A stretch of 64,000 nucleotides of DNA from Fimicolochytrium jonesii (Eukaryota), in the NCBI RefSeq assembly GCF_025526975.1, contig NW_026515670.1, positions 496,001 to 560,000 of the forward strand. Reading direction: 5' to 3'. Below are positions 23,800 to 36,240 of the stretch, piece by piece; positions within the stretch are counted from its first letter, which is position 1, and each line of letters opens with the position of its first letter. The translations under genes and the position numbers were made by a program. Below the pieces are notes generated by a model. That model did not search any database. It saw only the letters and a list, made by a program, of their open reading frames with translations, and had not been told where the DNA came from.

Positions 23800-26700
23800 G
23801 ATCCATCCAATCAAGGCGCGTTACTGATGATGCTTTCTTGCTTTCATCAACGCGACGTCCAAAGCATTCGTTTTCCCTCTCCCCTCCGTTCGATTCTGTC
23901 AACAACGTTTCGTTCGAGGAGCCAGAGGGAATCAAGGCAACTGCTCTGGTTAGGACGAATGGCGCAGTCTGAGGTGGGTGTCCCCGTCCAACAACCGGCA
24001 TCTATTTGGCTTGAGGATGGATGAAGCCAAACATAAAGGGAATGAAGGAAATGCGCGTTTGCCACAAGGACGTCTTTATTGTGCGCTAACCAACGGTTCA
24101 TCGCCGACGACCTACAGTTAGCCTCCGAGACTCGTTGATGGAGTCCGAGGCAACACAGCACTGTCATTCAACTCAGGGCGAGCAAAGCACCGCGAGCAAG
24201 GGATGTGAGCATCGACATGTCTTTCATACCACATCCCTCATTGACGCCGGAGGAGAAGAGATACCCCACTATATTGGAAGTGACCGAATAGGGAAGAGAC
24301 TCAATGGCAAATGTGAAGATTTTAGTGCTCTGCAGGTGCGGCGACATTCCGCGGCACTTGTTGCTGGACCAGGTATATGCGTAATCCCAGCTGCAATGCA
24401 AACCGCCTCAAGAAACGCGAACCTCTGCGAAAAATGGGGAAGGTCAGTGCATCCGAGCGTTGGAATTATGATGTCGTGAGGGCAGCGAGAGGAATGCGCG
24501 CAAGGTAGGTGCTTGAGAAGACCTTCTGAGGAGGGCTGAAGTAGGTGCCTGGCCATCTGGGTATCATGAGGGCGGGATATGTCGATCTTGGTAAGTCAAT
24601 AATGATTCGATGGTGGACATGTGATGTCCCAGTCCCACATAGGAAGCGCACGTCGGTCGCGCCAATATTGGAAGCGATAAGCCTGCTTCCAGCCAGCGGG
24701 AGCGGAAGGAATGTCGAAACATGGAGCCAAGTCTCTGATATATCCCTATCGGCGCCCATGGTAGGTGTTTGTTTGCCTTCAGGCACTCCTCAACGCTGTG
24801 GAGATAAATGAATTTTGTGTGGATAGAATGGACTTCCAACCTGACGTTTCATCAGAGGATGGTATTGCAAGTAGCTCATTATGCACCATCAACTGAATTG
24901 GAAGTGGACATTCTTCATTTTGTAGCGTATCCATTCCTTACATATATCGTCGTACTTGCGGAGCCCTTCAACCGATACTTGTAAAACAATACAGCCTGAT
25001 CTAAGAAGCTAAACTGGTGCTACCTCGATAACAGGTCACCGACCTCTCGGTCTCTTCCTCACTGTGCAGTTGAGGATCAGCGCAGAGTATCTATCAGCTT
25101 GAAGTGGGTATAGATTGTTCTGGCGGAGAGATTTCCTCTTTTGGTGTCCATCGCAACGATCTTTTTCCTACGCTCAGCCGGATCCTCCTCAACCACAGTC
25201 TCTTCTTCATCTTCCTCGCCTTCGGAGGGCTCACCCTCGTTCGTACTGCCCTTGCTCCGTCACCTCGTCGACATCCATTCCTGGAAAAGTCCATTGGGCA
25301 ACCACCAACGGTTTGACTTTCTTCTTTGTGTTTGCCTTGCCAAATAACCGAGGTCAAGGTCTTCCCTCGCCACGACAGAGGCTCGTGGGCAGCCCCACGC
25401 GCAGCCCATTGCCATGCTGCATCACATCAACACCACCCGTCGCAGCGCTTCGCGGCTGTCGATGCAAGGAAAGGGAGGCATGAGATGGCAAACCGATGAA
25501 CCTTCTCGAATCATTCAAAGCTGCTACGCAGGAAGCAACTATGGAGATTGTCAAAACCGCGAAGACAGATGCCGTCGGCAAGGGAGGAATCCATTACGGG
25601 ATCTGACTTTTTTTCATCATTTCTTTTTTTCCCTCCTTTCCCTTCCCTTGTGGTCCTCCATACGTTTCCTCCCTGCGTGATCGCCTCTCTGTGTGAGAGT
25701 GGTCCCGCTATACGGGATTTCTTCATGGGCATCCAACATCGACCGCGAGGAGCGTGACCAAGGTTCCAGACCCGGAAGAGGGACGTAAACAATCTCCACG
25801 TCGTGCGGGGCCACGATAGATAATCTCTCCACCCATTCGTTAAGCTTCATCAAGCATTGAAAGCCTTGAGTTTCGTGGACAATACTCGGCATGACGCCGA
25901 CTACGGCGACATGGGGGCTCTCCCCTCCACCGCGTCCATACGAATCCGGTTGGTTTCGGTATGCGCTCCATCGACGTAAACTCTGTTGAAGCGGCAAGCA
26001 GATGAGATGACCGGGAAACGGACAGGAAGGGAGGAGTCAATTACTTGGTTATCCCGCACTTCGCTTGGAAGGTCTACAAAATATCCAAAGAGCACTGTAT
26101 CCCTCAAAGAGTACTGCGTGAGGAGGTTTGGACGCGGGCGGGGGCGTCGGCCTGCGTCGAGTGTGTTGGTGTCGAGGAGGGGCCCGGGTTTGGGGCTGGG
26201 TATAGCGCCGCCGGGGTGACTGTGTGCCGGGCGGTCGGTTCTAGACCCCTCACTAACCAATCCTATCCGACTGCCGCGTGTTTTCCTTTCGCAGCCCTAT
26301 GAAGAATCTGAAAAGGGTTCCCGTAAAGCTATTCGCCTTCAGTGGCGCTCGATGGTTTGCCTTGCAATTCTCCAGGTAGGTCCTAAATGGTTGCTTTTTT
26401 CAGAGCGTGGCGTGCCGCGATCCAGTGAATCTGTATATATCTGCCAACCCCACTGTTCCATCACTTTTGGAGTGCAGTGAGTTTCTGCTCTTGAAGCAAT
26501 GGTCGCTCGATAGCTTGATAGCCCGTAGGATCTCGCTGTTCATGGTCTGGGATGTTATCCTTGTTACGAAAGATTCTTCGTTGACGGTCCGGGTTGAAGT
26601 CATTCGAGAATATTGAGGACACCATGAGTGCGCGACCAAAGCCTGGAAGTTCCACTGCCGCTCTCACCGGCGCATCACCTGATCACTGATCAGCCGCTTG

Positions 26701-27700
26701 TTGGTCATTGTCGAGGAACCCAATAACCTACGATAAGACAATTCTTGACACTGGTACGCTTCACAGTGATGGTTGTAAAATTTTGCCTGCTTGGCCGTCC
26801 CAGGCTCTGAACTCTTCGTCTTCATCGCATATAACATTGATATAACCGTCGAAATTGTCGGTTCGACGAAGAGCATTCTGATCGCCGTAATCCCATGATC
26901 GACGAAAAAATTAAGTTCACGTAGCTTTCGTCGAATACGTCGGGCGTTGGCCAGGAGTCTGCGTCTGTGTGGTTCCAGCGGTTCCGTTCATTTGCTCAGC
27001 CATTTGTTCCTTCTGGACGTTGTGCGGCTTCCACTGGAAAGTAGCCCAGGTCACCTTTTGGGCGGTAGTGGTGAGCTCCGCCCCAGGGGGTATGCGAAAA
27101 GGATGTTCCGAGGCGTGGCAAGCGCAACGAGAAAAGCGCAACGAGGAGTGCGAAATACCGTTCGGCGGAGGCGTCCTCCTTCATATGTTGTGAGTGCTGC
27201 AGGGGAATAGTAGAACCTTGTTTTCGTTGCCGAGGCGTAAGGACCGAAGGACTTCGATAGCGGCAGCGGCTGCTTCACAAAGACTTCAGCTAAGGAGCGT
27301 CCGCTGTGTCCATCTTCGGTCTCTCCAGAGTACGATGAGCAGTGCTGCACAGGAATGGAACGGGGCGTGGCCCGACAGCGTTTCGTTCCTTCGGGGAGTC
27401 AGGCCGCAAGTCAGGCTTCTTAACTGCTCCCATCCCGGACTGTGGGACACCGCCGACTCTCTGTGCGAAGCGGAGAGGCGATCCCGTCATTCCGAGCTGT
27501 TCGACCGGGGTGGTTTAGCAGCTTTCTCAGGGCGCAAGGGCGTCTCCACAATATGCAAGCTCCTCCTCTATGGTGACGCAACCCTTCTGTTGAGGGAGGG
27601 TTGTCTGAGGACCGACTTATGAGACTTTGTGGTCTGGCCAGTTGACCGACCGGTACGCGTCGAATCCATCAAGAGAAAGAGCACGACTCGAGTAAGAAAC
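23800..27700 (-). pseudogene. Tract of decayed ORF fragments, family not identified
   Basis: Protein-like segments interrupted by stops and frameshifts (e.g. EGEPSEGEEDEEETVVEEDPAERRKK ~25150-25240; DNFDGYINVICDEDEEFRAWDG ~26790-26870). No intact gene model; boundaries are approximate. Confidence 0.3.
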
Positions 27701-28528
27701 CTACGAATGAAAAAAAGTGTAGAGGGATGATACCACCCCAAGTTAGAGAGAGGAGGAGTTAGAGGGGAACGGAATCGAGAGGATAGGCGAGGCACGGCTG
27801 GTTCTTTTATACTCGGTTACCAATGAGGCGGATGGACCGGGCGGCGTACAGTACAGTATGTAAACAAAGGCTGAGCTTGCTGCTTATGCAACCGAACAAC
27901 GCGCAGCTCTTCCCGGCTCCGATAGTCGGGAGCAAGCAAAATGACAGCGAACCCCTCCCAGGGGGGGGTGGTGTTCATGGTAATCTGCAGTCTTCGGCCG
28001 ACTGCTGTAACTGTGTTGGGGTTCCCAGTTTATATTTCTCGTTTCCCGGCGATTACCACGCCTGATGATTTGTTGGGCCGGGCCGAGGATGGTTCCGGCC
28101 GGGATTTGGCCGTCAGCATTGGGCATTGGATGTTATGCGACGACAGCTGGTCGGACGGGAAGCACTGCATCTGCAGCGGCTTTTCTGAGGTTGGGCCTGA
28201 TTGCTTCTCTTTTTACCTTGAACTCAATCAGTTACAAAATGGGCGAACTCAATTGTGTGGCATGAGAAACAATCCAGTGTATTATCATGTACAAGAACCA
28301 CCCAAAGTGAGGAACAAAGAGTCCGCCGCGCAAGGTGATGAAGGCAGGCGGATTGAAATACTATACAATCCCCAAAGTCCGCCTTCTAATGTGCTGAGGT
28401 ATGAAAACCGCCAACGGGAATATACTACTACGCTAGTGTTGTTGTGTGCAAAGAGCATTAAATAAGATAATGTACAAGAAATGAGGGCGTGGGGGATATA
28501 TGGGGACAAGACAATGTGTGTGTGCAGT

Positions 28529-30178
28529 CTAGTTGGCGCGAAGTTGGTCGTGGTGGACGGCGTTGTTCGCGTTGTTCTGCTCAGGGATCTCGTAGGTCTC
28601 GTCCTCAGACTCGTCGGTGAGCTCCTCGAGGGTCTTGCCCTTGGTCTCGGGCACCAAGAACGTAGCGATACCACCGGTGGCCATGACGATGGCAAAGACA
28701 CCGATGACGACACGAGGGGCCTCTTCAAAGTAGGGTCCAACGGCTTGGATACCGAGGATGGCGCCGACCTTTCCGCACGCGGCGGAGATACCGTGGGCAC
28801 GGGCACGGAAGCGGGTGGGGAAGACCTCAGCGGGGAGGACGAAGGTGGTTGAGTTGGGCCCGAAGTTGAAGAAGAACTGGGCAACCGTGTAGAGGAAGAT
28901 GAAGATGATGCGGGAGGATTGGCTGAACACTCCCGTCTCGTCCTTTTGCAGAATCTGGTTCCACAGCGCAGAGATAATGACGAGAATGACGGTGATGACT
29001 CCGAACCCGAGGAACTGGATGGGCTTGCGTCCCCACTTCTCAATTAGGGCGACGGTGACCCAGTAACCGGGCACGGTACCCATACAGGCGATGATGATGT
29101 TACCGACGGCCTTGGAGAAAAATGAGTCGTACTGGGACTTGCCCGCACCGTCGTAGTTGATGATGGTGAGGACACGGGGTGTGTTGAGGGTGAGACCGTA
29201 CCATGCAATGTCGAGAGCGAACCAGCAGTAGGCAGTTCCGAAGAGGACCAAGAAGTTCTTGCGCTTAGAGAAGTATTCCTTGAATCCGATTTCGGGTGCG
29301 CGGTTGCTGTTGTGGGAAACGACAGCGTGGGATTCGGTGGTGTCCTTGTTAGACTCCTCGCCGACGGTGTTGACGGTGTTGTTGGTGGTGCCGTTGACCT
29401 TGCTGATCTTGTTGATGTCGCGGTGAGCGGCCTCAACGTCGTTGCGGACGTGCACATCGAAACGAGGGGACTCGGGCATGGTGAGACGGAAGTACACGGT
29501 GGCGAGGCAAGGAACGATTCCGAAACCCAACATGATCCTCCACACGTAGTCGAGGTACAGGATGTCGTCAACGAGAAGAGACTTGAAGGCGGCGAGGGCG
29601 GCAAGGGTGACAAGACCACCGATCAAGATTCCGATACCCTGCATGGCAAAGACGGCTGCGACCATCATACCACGGTAGCGAACTTGGGCGAATTCGGAGG
29701 TGATGGTAGCGGACATCGGGTAGTCGCCACCGATTCCGATTCCGAGGACGAAACGCCACAGACCGAGCATGGTAAGGACGCCCATACCGCGGACGGTGGA
29801 GCAAGCGAGGGTAGATCCGAGAATAGCAACCATCATGATGATGATTTCGACACCGTAGACCTTCTTACGACCGAGCTTGTCACCGAGGTATCCGAACGAA
29901 AGTTGCCCGACCAAGTTACCCCAGTTGGTAGAGGCCTTCAGGAGTGCGTCGATGTGAATGCTGTTGTGGACTGTTGCGTTGAAAGTGGAGCCTTTTGTTG
30001 GGTCCGCTGGTGGGTAGTAGACCCGATAGATCATGGGCAGAGCCAGACCGATGACGAAGATGTCATACGCATCACCGAAGAAACCAGCACCGGCGACGAG
30101 GATGGAGCGAATATGGAACCAGCCAAGCTTGGCCTCGTCGAGGTGGGCGAAGTGCGAAGCACGAGTAGCGATAGTCAT
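28529..30178 (-). CDS. PHO84: High-affinity phosphate:H+ symporter (MFS, PHS family), intronless
   Basis: 549 aa. AGAGFFGDAYDIF, signature GIGIGGDYPMSATITSE, RGMMVAAVFAMQGIG, FALDIAWYG, NFGPNSTTFVLPAEVFPTRFRARAHGISAACGK. Confidence 0.97.
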   Translation of the reverse strand: MTIATRASHFAHLDEAKLGWFHIRSILVAGAGFFGDAYDIFVIGLALPMIYRVYYPPADPTKGSTFNATVHNSIHIDALLKASTNWGNLVGQLSFGYLGDKLGRKKVYGVEIIIMMVAILGSTLACSTVRGMGVLTMLGLWRFVLGIGIGGDYPMSATITSEFAQVRYRGMMVAAVFAMQGIGILIGGLVTLAALAAFKSLLVDDILYLDYVWRIMLGFGIVPCLATVYFRLTMPESPRFDVHVRNDVEAAHRDINKISKVNGTTNNTVNTVGEESNKDTTESHAVVSHNSNRAPEIGFKEYFSKRKNFLVLFGTAYCWFALDIAWYGLTLNTPRVLTIINYDGAGKSQYDSFFSKAVGNIIIACMGTVPGYWVTVALIEKWGRKPIQFLGFGVITVILVIISALWNQILQKDETGVFSQSSRIIFIFLYTVAQFFFNFGPNSTTFVLPAEVFPTRFRARAHGISAACGKVGAILGIQAVGPYFEEAPRVVIGVFAIVMATGGIATFLVPETKGKTLEELTDESEDETYEIPEQNNANNAVHHDQLRAN

Positions 30179-30642
30179 GGCTGACTGTTGTTGCGAGGGG
30201 GAGAGAAGGTGAGCGTTGAGGAGTTGGCTGCCAGCGAAAGGGAGGGGGATGGACGAAGCCAGCCTGTCTTTTTATCCTCCTGACACTCTGTGCAGGCGGT
30301 GGGCAAAAAAAGAGGCGGATATCCCATTATGCATCCCTCCCTCTCCGTGAGAAAACCGCCCATTTTTTCTCGGAGCGATGACGAGCTATCTCACCGCCCG
30401 GTGTGACCGCGAGAGAATCGGGCTGGGGGGTCGGGCATTTTCGCCGTGTGCGGCCTGACGTTTCATCGGTCTAATTCAAGGTTTGGCGCCGGCGTCAAGG
30501 TGTTTACCGCATGCCTTCTCCATGTTCCGAGTTGTTTAGCCGCCGCTAAGTTCTTCATGTGGAATTTCGCGTGAATGAATCCCCTGAGGCTGCCCAGGGG
30601 CGGTCGGTCCACAAAGAAAGTAACTCAAATGCAAATCATTTC

Positions 30643-31333
30643 AGCCAATCAGCGACGGCAAAGCTCCAACGTGCACGGCCTGCGCAGGAGGCTGGCTGCG
30701 CAACGTGCAGGCTCACTCAACGCTGATTGGCTCCAGAAAGCAAACCTTATCATAAGCATCTGAGGCGGGCGTAAATGCGGTGTCAAAACACTGTCAATCC
30801 TGAGCACGTTTCCACAAAAGGAGTTCTAAATGAGAAAGAGTCCGAGAATGCGTTGGGCGTCGTTCTGCCATGCGAATTTCCTCTTGTGAGCCCTAAACGT
30901 GCACAGTGGGATGGTATACACCATCATTGTGCAAGCAGGAAGGTTCTCAGAGGTGCGGCAAGCCCATGGCAGCTGGTTATCCATCTCCCGCTGGGACAGC
31001 ACATGCACTTGCATTTGGAGATCTTCCACAATCTTTACGTTCAAGGTTGGCGACGGACCCCATTCCGACACACACGTGGAGGAATTTATAACGTCGCTCT
31101 GAAGCTACGCATGATGTACGGCCTTGAGAAGGAGAGGATGATGGCGATGGTACGTCGCTATCACGATTAATATGGCTGGGAGCCTGACTTGACCAGTAGG
31201 CGCTCGTTCCGGTAGGCGAATGTTCTCGGCCGTCCCTGTCACTTCAAGGAAACTTCAACGGTGGATTTTTCCAAAAAGTACACTTCTTTCGAAGTTCCAC
31301 TGTATCGATGTCTCACAGTGTACACCACACGTG
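30643..31333. promoter_or_regulatory. Cluster of CACGTK (Pho4-type bHLH) sites and inverted CCAAT boxes upstream of PHO84
   Basis: AACGTG at 30668, 30702, 30896; CACGTT at 30805; CACGTG at 31073 and 31328. Perfect 12-bp inverted pair AGCCAATCAGCG (30643-30654) / CGCTGATTGGCT (30721-30732). Confidence 0.55.
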
Positions 31334-33807
31334 CATGAAGAGTATGCGCCCGGCGGCCCGGTTTCCGTACACTAGGCTGAACCGCCAAGGGGGAACCACC
31401 CTGTTCCCTGTGCGCCATCCGAAGTTATAACCCTCGCTGGAGACGGTCACCTATCACATGGGGCCATCTCGCAGGAAAGCCTGAGCGCGGGCTTTTTCCC
31501 TTCATACGTGCACCGTGCGCCCGGGATATTCAACATGAGTTGACGGTACAGGATATCTCGATCCGCAACAAAAGCACTGGCATGTACAGAGAAGATGCGA
31601 CATGAGCAACGGAAGAGGAGGAGGTATAGGGGCGTGAACGTCTTGATGCCGCGGCTGGGCAGTCGTATATATATACGGTCGCTGTGAGCTGGGAGGCAAG
31701 TGGAGCGTGAAGACTCCGAAGCGCGTGAGATATCTGTGAGCGTCACTTAGGAGCAGTAATCGATTCCACGCAATGCCTCATACCGGTATATTCCTCATTT
31801 ACATTTTAGCCGACCAAGTGATTTGGAATCGAAACGTGGGTCGCCATTCAAATGGACGAAGAAATCATGTCTTCTACAATGACGACAATCTCGAACATCA
31901 TCACATCCATCATCGTCAATATCAGCGCATGCGAGTGGGCACGCAAATCGTGAGGCATGTCGGGGCCACTGATGTATCACCATCGCACATTTGCAAAACT
32001 CTGGGGCATTCAAAGGCCGGGATGTACTCGTTTCGACATGCGGGTTTCTTCGACTCAGCAGAGTCAACGTTACCTGGAAGGTCACCTTCCGGTGTTCAGA
32101 GAGAGCGCAACTCTCAAATCCTTGTCTCGAATAGCACCACTCCGGGCACATGTACAGCTTGCTTCACAGATACTTAATGTCGCATCTCGCGAAATGGAAC
32201 TAGTGCCATGCAGGCAACTCGATATCGAAAAGGGGATGGTGGGATGGTGGGGGTCTGCGCTCAGCTCTGGAATGGCTGAGACGCACGTCGGGCTATGCCG
32301 CCAGACATTTTACCTCAGAAATGGCAGAACGCGCTTTCGGACCTCATGGACCGTCGCTAAGTATCGCCAAGCTACAAAAGATCATCATTGTTGTCTGGCA
32401 TGCTGTCCTGGGAACTGGATTCGATGAATGATGGTGCAGGTCGCCTGCACCTGAGTTCTTCGTTCATTGGCGGACTAGCGAAAGCAACGCCGAGCAAAAC
32501 CCCAATTCTGGATTCTTGCCAAGACAAATCACCCCTATGCTTTCAAAGGATCGTTCTCTACATTTTGAGGATGCCATACCGATTCTTTATTCTGCTCATA
32601 TCCCGCTTCATTTCGGATAGATAGGCAAATCGACTTGTCAGACGCTTCTCATCTTGGACGAAGCGCAAGTCTTTTATGGCCAGGAGGAGCAATATGCGAC
32701 TCACCGCAGCCCTCCCTTTTGGAAGCCGTGGAGATGAACAGACTGGAGCGATTTGCGCTTTTTCGTGATCGTACCGGCGGGGATATGGACCGTCCGCGGC
32801 TTCAATGGAACGCTGATCGACTTCGACGAGAGTAACTGCGTTTGCTTCGATTCTCTCTTACACGCGAGGGCGGAGGCTCAAAAGCCTACGGAGAATGGCC
32901 TCTTGACAATCGAGTCAGCCTCGCTTTGGACGCCGAATTCCACCTGTGTGGAGCCATGATGATGTCGCACACAGCAGAATGCTCGGTCTTAGCTTTCATG
33001 ATGCGCATCAAACACGGTTTGCATCTGACACCCATCTAGCTCTACGGAGGTGAATGTGTGCAGAGGTCAATCACAGAGATGGTCAAATGTGCAGTGGTAA
33101 GAGCACCAGGCATTGCATATTCAGAGGCGGGCCCAAAAGCGGGACGGGGTGGATCGCTTGTAAGACTTTGCGCGTGAAAACGCGTCTCACATAAGCGAAC
33201 AAACTCCGCTACGTGTTCGAGAGCGAGAGAAAAAATGTGCTGTGCTTCTTGGTCGAGACTTACGCCGGTTGAATCCATAATTGAAAAAAAAAAAAAGAAT
33301 CCGTCGCCCAAAAGGTGAGGAGCCAAGACATTATATTTCTGCAAAATGCGCGTTCGCGTATAGGTGTAGTGCATCCCTTTCTATATGCTATGTATGTATG
33401 TGACAGGGGTGGGGTGGGGATCTAGATCGTATAGAATGTATGTGTAGTGTAAGTGGAAAATGTAGTAGATGTAGAGTAGTTTGGGGTGAATACGCCGTGT
33501 ATGTGTATGCAGGGGCGATTAAAAAAGGGGTGGGGTGGCGATTACTAGGTACTGGTGGATGGATGCGGTCGGGAGGCGAGGAGGGGGGTGTTCGTTCTTG
33601 GTGTGTTCCAAAATCCTCCACGAGCGATGACGTACTTCGTCTGTCTGCATCCGTTCTTCCTAGGTGGGGGTATAATCGCATGATTTTGTTGGTTGAGTGT
33701 CAACCAGGACGATTTGAGTATGATTTTTCATCCGGTTCGTCGTTTCCGTTCCCAAAAGCCTTGCAAGTCGTCCCTACTCTTCCGCTTCCGCATCCCTCCA
33801 CCTCCTC

Positions 33808-36240
33808 TCAACTCCCAGCCATAAAAACCCCCTTCACATCATCCCTAAAATCCAACATCGGATGCGCCGCCTTCGCATGATACTTCAACCCATTCAGATT
33901 CTTATACTTCTTCCCACACGCCGGCACTTTACACCAATACGGTCGGTGTGCGATCTTCACCGTGCCCGCCGCAGCGGCCTGGATTGGGTCTGCGTAAGGT
34001 GACGCTGATGACGGCGTGGTGGGCTCCGCGGGGCTGTGCGGTCGGGTGGTGTAATTGTGGAGGAGGGTGGGTGAAGCTGATTTGGGGCCGCCGGGGATGG
34101 AAGCGGATGCCGTTGGGGAGGATGTGTCGTGCTCGCACATTCCGCGGTCGAGGTGGTATTTCAGGCCGTTGGCGTTTTTGTAGACTTTGGTGCAGAAGGG
34201 TTTGGGGCATTTGTGCATGCGGGGGGCGGGGACGAAGAGGGGTGGGTGGGGTGGGCCTGTCAGGGCGGTGTAGCGGTTGTCGCGGTGTTGGTGTTGGTTT
34301 TGGTGTAGATGCAGATGGGAGGAGCGTTGGTACATGTGATAGGTTGCGACTGCCGCTGCGGCGGCTGCGGCTGTTTCTTCTTGAGATGAGGGCGGGGGTG
34401 CCGGGTACGGGTTCTCCATGTGCTGCATGTCGTGCTTTGAGTAGGGGATCATTCCGTTCTGGTGGGGGTAGCCGTTGCTGGGGACGGAGTACGCGGATCC
34501 GGACTGTTGGAGATGGTGTTGCTGGAACATGGAGTGTGGAACGGGTCCCATGTGTGAACCGTCGTGACCGTGGTACACACTCTCATGCTCATACTGGTGA
34601 TACTCAAATTCGCTCCCGTGTGGCTGTCCAAATTGGCGCTGGTGTTGTTGCGAATATGGCATTTGCTGAGGACTGTAGCCCGAGTTCCTTGACACCGGGG
34701 TGGGGTACCTTCGCGGGGACGAGGGAGACCGGTCGTGCAGTCCTGACGATTCCACAGGTAGTGGGGACGCGAGCGCCAATCCCTGCACATTGAGGACCGG
34801 AAAGGGTGATGATCTTGATGGGGATGTCCTGGCGGTAAGAGGGGAAGTCGGAGAGGATGGCGATGTCGGGGTGGAAGGGGAAGGACCGTGATCGGAGATG
34901 ATGTTGTGGACTCGCGGATGACGTTGTGGAGGGAAAGTGCGCTTTGTTCCCAAGGGCGAGGCACTCTGGGAATGAATGTTGGGCATGCCCTCATGATGGG
35001 ACGCGAGGACATGGCTGTCCTGAGATATGAGAGACTCCATGTAACCACCTTCATCCCTCCTCAGCCGGCCATGTTGCGGTGATGGTGGAGGTTCGCTATG
35101 CTGGTAGGGGTGATGCAACTGGCGAGCGAAATGCCCTAGCCGTGACGAACTGCGCGGGCTTCCGTTTGTCACCTGGATGGCCGGGATTCCCATCTCGCCA
35201 ACGCCCGACACCGTCCTCGCGTCCATGCCGTAGTCTCCCTCCCTGTAGTGGTAATTCGACAAAAGACCCATAGGTGGCGCCGAGACCGATCTTCGGCGAT
35301 GCATCGGATTGAAACCATACGGTATCCTCTCCTCCGCCTCGTGCGCGCCCATCATCGAAACATCGGTCGCTGAATACGAAGCATATGCATACGGGTGGTG
35401 ATGCGGCGATCGCTGCAGCTCTTCCGTAAATGTTGCAGAAATCGGCGACCTGAATTCCGCATCGCTCCTATGGCCATATGCGCGCTCGTAGGGGGATGGA
35501 CCCACGCTGAGCAGCGTATCCGGCCGGTGACTCCGAGTGTCAATGGACAGCCCTACATTCGGCCTCTCGCGAGTCTCTGCTTCGTCTTCTTCTGTGTACT
35601 CGCCGCTGTGGGTTGAGTACGACCCAGAGGCGTCTGCCTGTGCCGTAAGATGCCCGTTGTCGTGCTCCCGAATGCTCTCATCGAACGCCTGCCTGCCTAG
35701 TTCTGGCATGGAAGACGTGTGATGCAAGTCTTTGTGGTTGGGACTTGATTCGAAGGCTTGCACGTCCCCTCGATCAGAAGACGGATACGACGAGTGCAGC
35801 ATCTGCTGCTGCTGTGTGTAGGGTGCATGGCTCGCACCAGATGGAACAGGCGGGGGTAAACCAGCTGAGAAATGTGATGGGATCCCTTCCGAGTGATGGT
35901 CCAGTTCCGGTTGGTGACCTCTGTCCTGGAATGGAGGCGCCTTCTCCTGTATCGACGACACAATTATCGGCGGCTGCTCCAAATCGTCCTCATATGATGG
36001 GGTGTGTGCATGTTTGCCCGCATATGGGAAGTGACGATGTTGGTCGAGTGAAGGATACCGTATTGCTTCTCCTTCGCCGTCCTCATCGTGACCGTCCCGG
36101 TCCGTGCTGCGAGGACTTTGGTCGGGGTGGGTTGCATTGCGGTAGTAAGGTTCGGCGGCGTGTGACACTGGATTGGAGTACATGTACATTGGCGGCCTGT
36201 GACCGTCAGCTGTCTCGTAGAGCATGACTGCAGGTGACAT
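33808..36240 (-). CDS. C2H2 zinc-finger transcription factor with two C-terminal Sfp1-type fingers and a long disordered His/Ser/Gln-rich N-terminus
   Basis: HKCPKPFCTKVYKNANGLKYHLDRGMC and YWCKVPACGKKYKNLNGLKYHAKAAH. First ATG at 36240; probable 5'-UTR intron 36460-36294. Confidence 0.88.
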   Translation of the reverse strand: MSPAVMLYETADGHRPPMYMYSNPVSHAAEPYYRNATHPDQSPRSTDRDGHDEDGEGEAIRYPSLDQHRHFPYAGKHAHTPSYEDDLEQPPIIVSSIQEKAPPFQDRGHQPELDHHSEGIPSHFSAGLPPPVPSGASHAPYTQQQQMLHSSYPSSDRGDVQAFESSPNHKDLHHTSSMPELGRQAFDESIREHDNGHLTAQADASGSYSTHSGEYTEEDEAETRERPNVGLSIDTRSHRPDTLLSVGPSPYERAYGHRSDAEFRSPISATFTEELQRSPHHHPYAYASYSATDVSMMGAHEAEERIPYGFNPMHRRRSVSAPPMGLLSNYHYREGDYGMDARTVSGVGEMGIPAIQVTNGSPRSSSRLGHFARQLHHPYQHSEPPPSPQHGRLRRDEGGYMESLISQDSHVLASHHEGMPNIHSQSASPLGTKRTFPPQRHPRVHNIISDHGPSPSTPTSPSSPTSPLTARTSPSRSSPFPVLNVQGLALASPLPVESSGLHDRSPSSPRRYPTPVSRNSGYSPQQMPYSQQHQRQFGQPHGSEFEYHQYEHESVYHGHDGSHMGPVPHSMFQQHHLQQSGSAYSVPSNGYPHQNGMIPYSKHDMQHMENPYPAPPPSSQEETAAAAAAAVATYHMYQRSSHLHLHQNQHQHRDNRYTALTGPPHPPLFVPAPRMHKCPKPFCTKVYKNANGLKYHLDRGMCEHDTSSPTASASIPGGPKSASPTLLHNYTTRPHSPAEPTTPSSASPYADPIQAAAAGTVKIAHRPYWCKVPACGKKYKNLNGLKYHAKAAHPMLDFRDDVKGVFMAGS

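Noticed and set aside
26400..26876. Two in-frame ORFs separated by a single TGA (possible selenocysteine readthrough, known in a few early-diverging fungi)
   Set aside because: No redox motif or selenoprotein similarity, no SECIS identified, and the surrounding region looks generally decayed.
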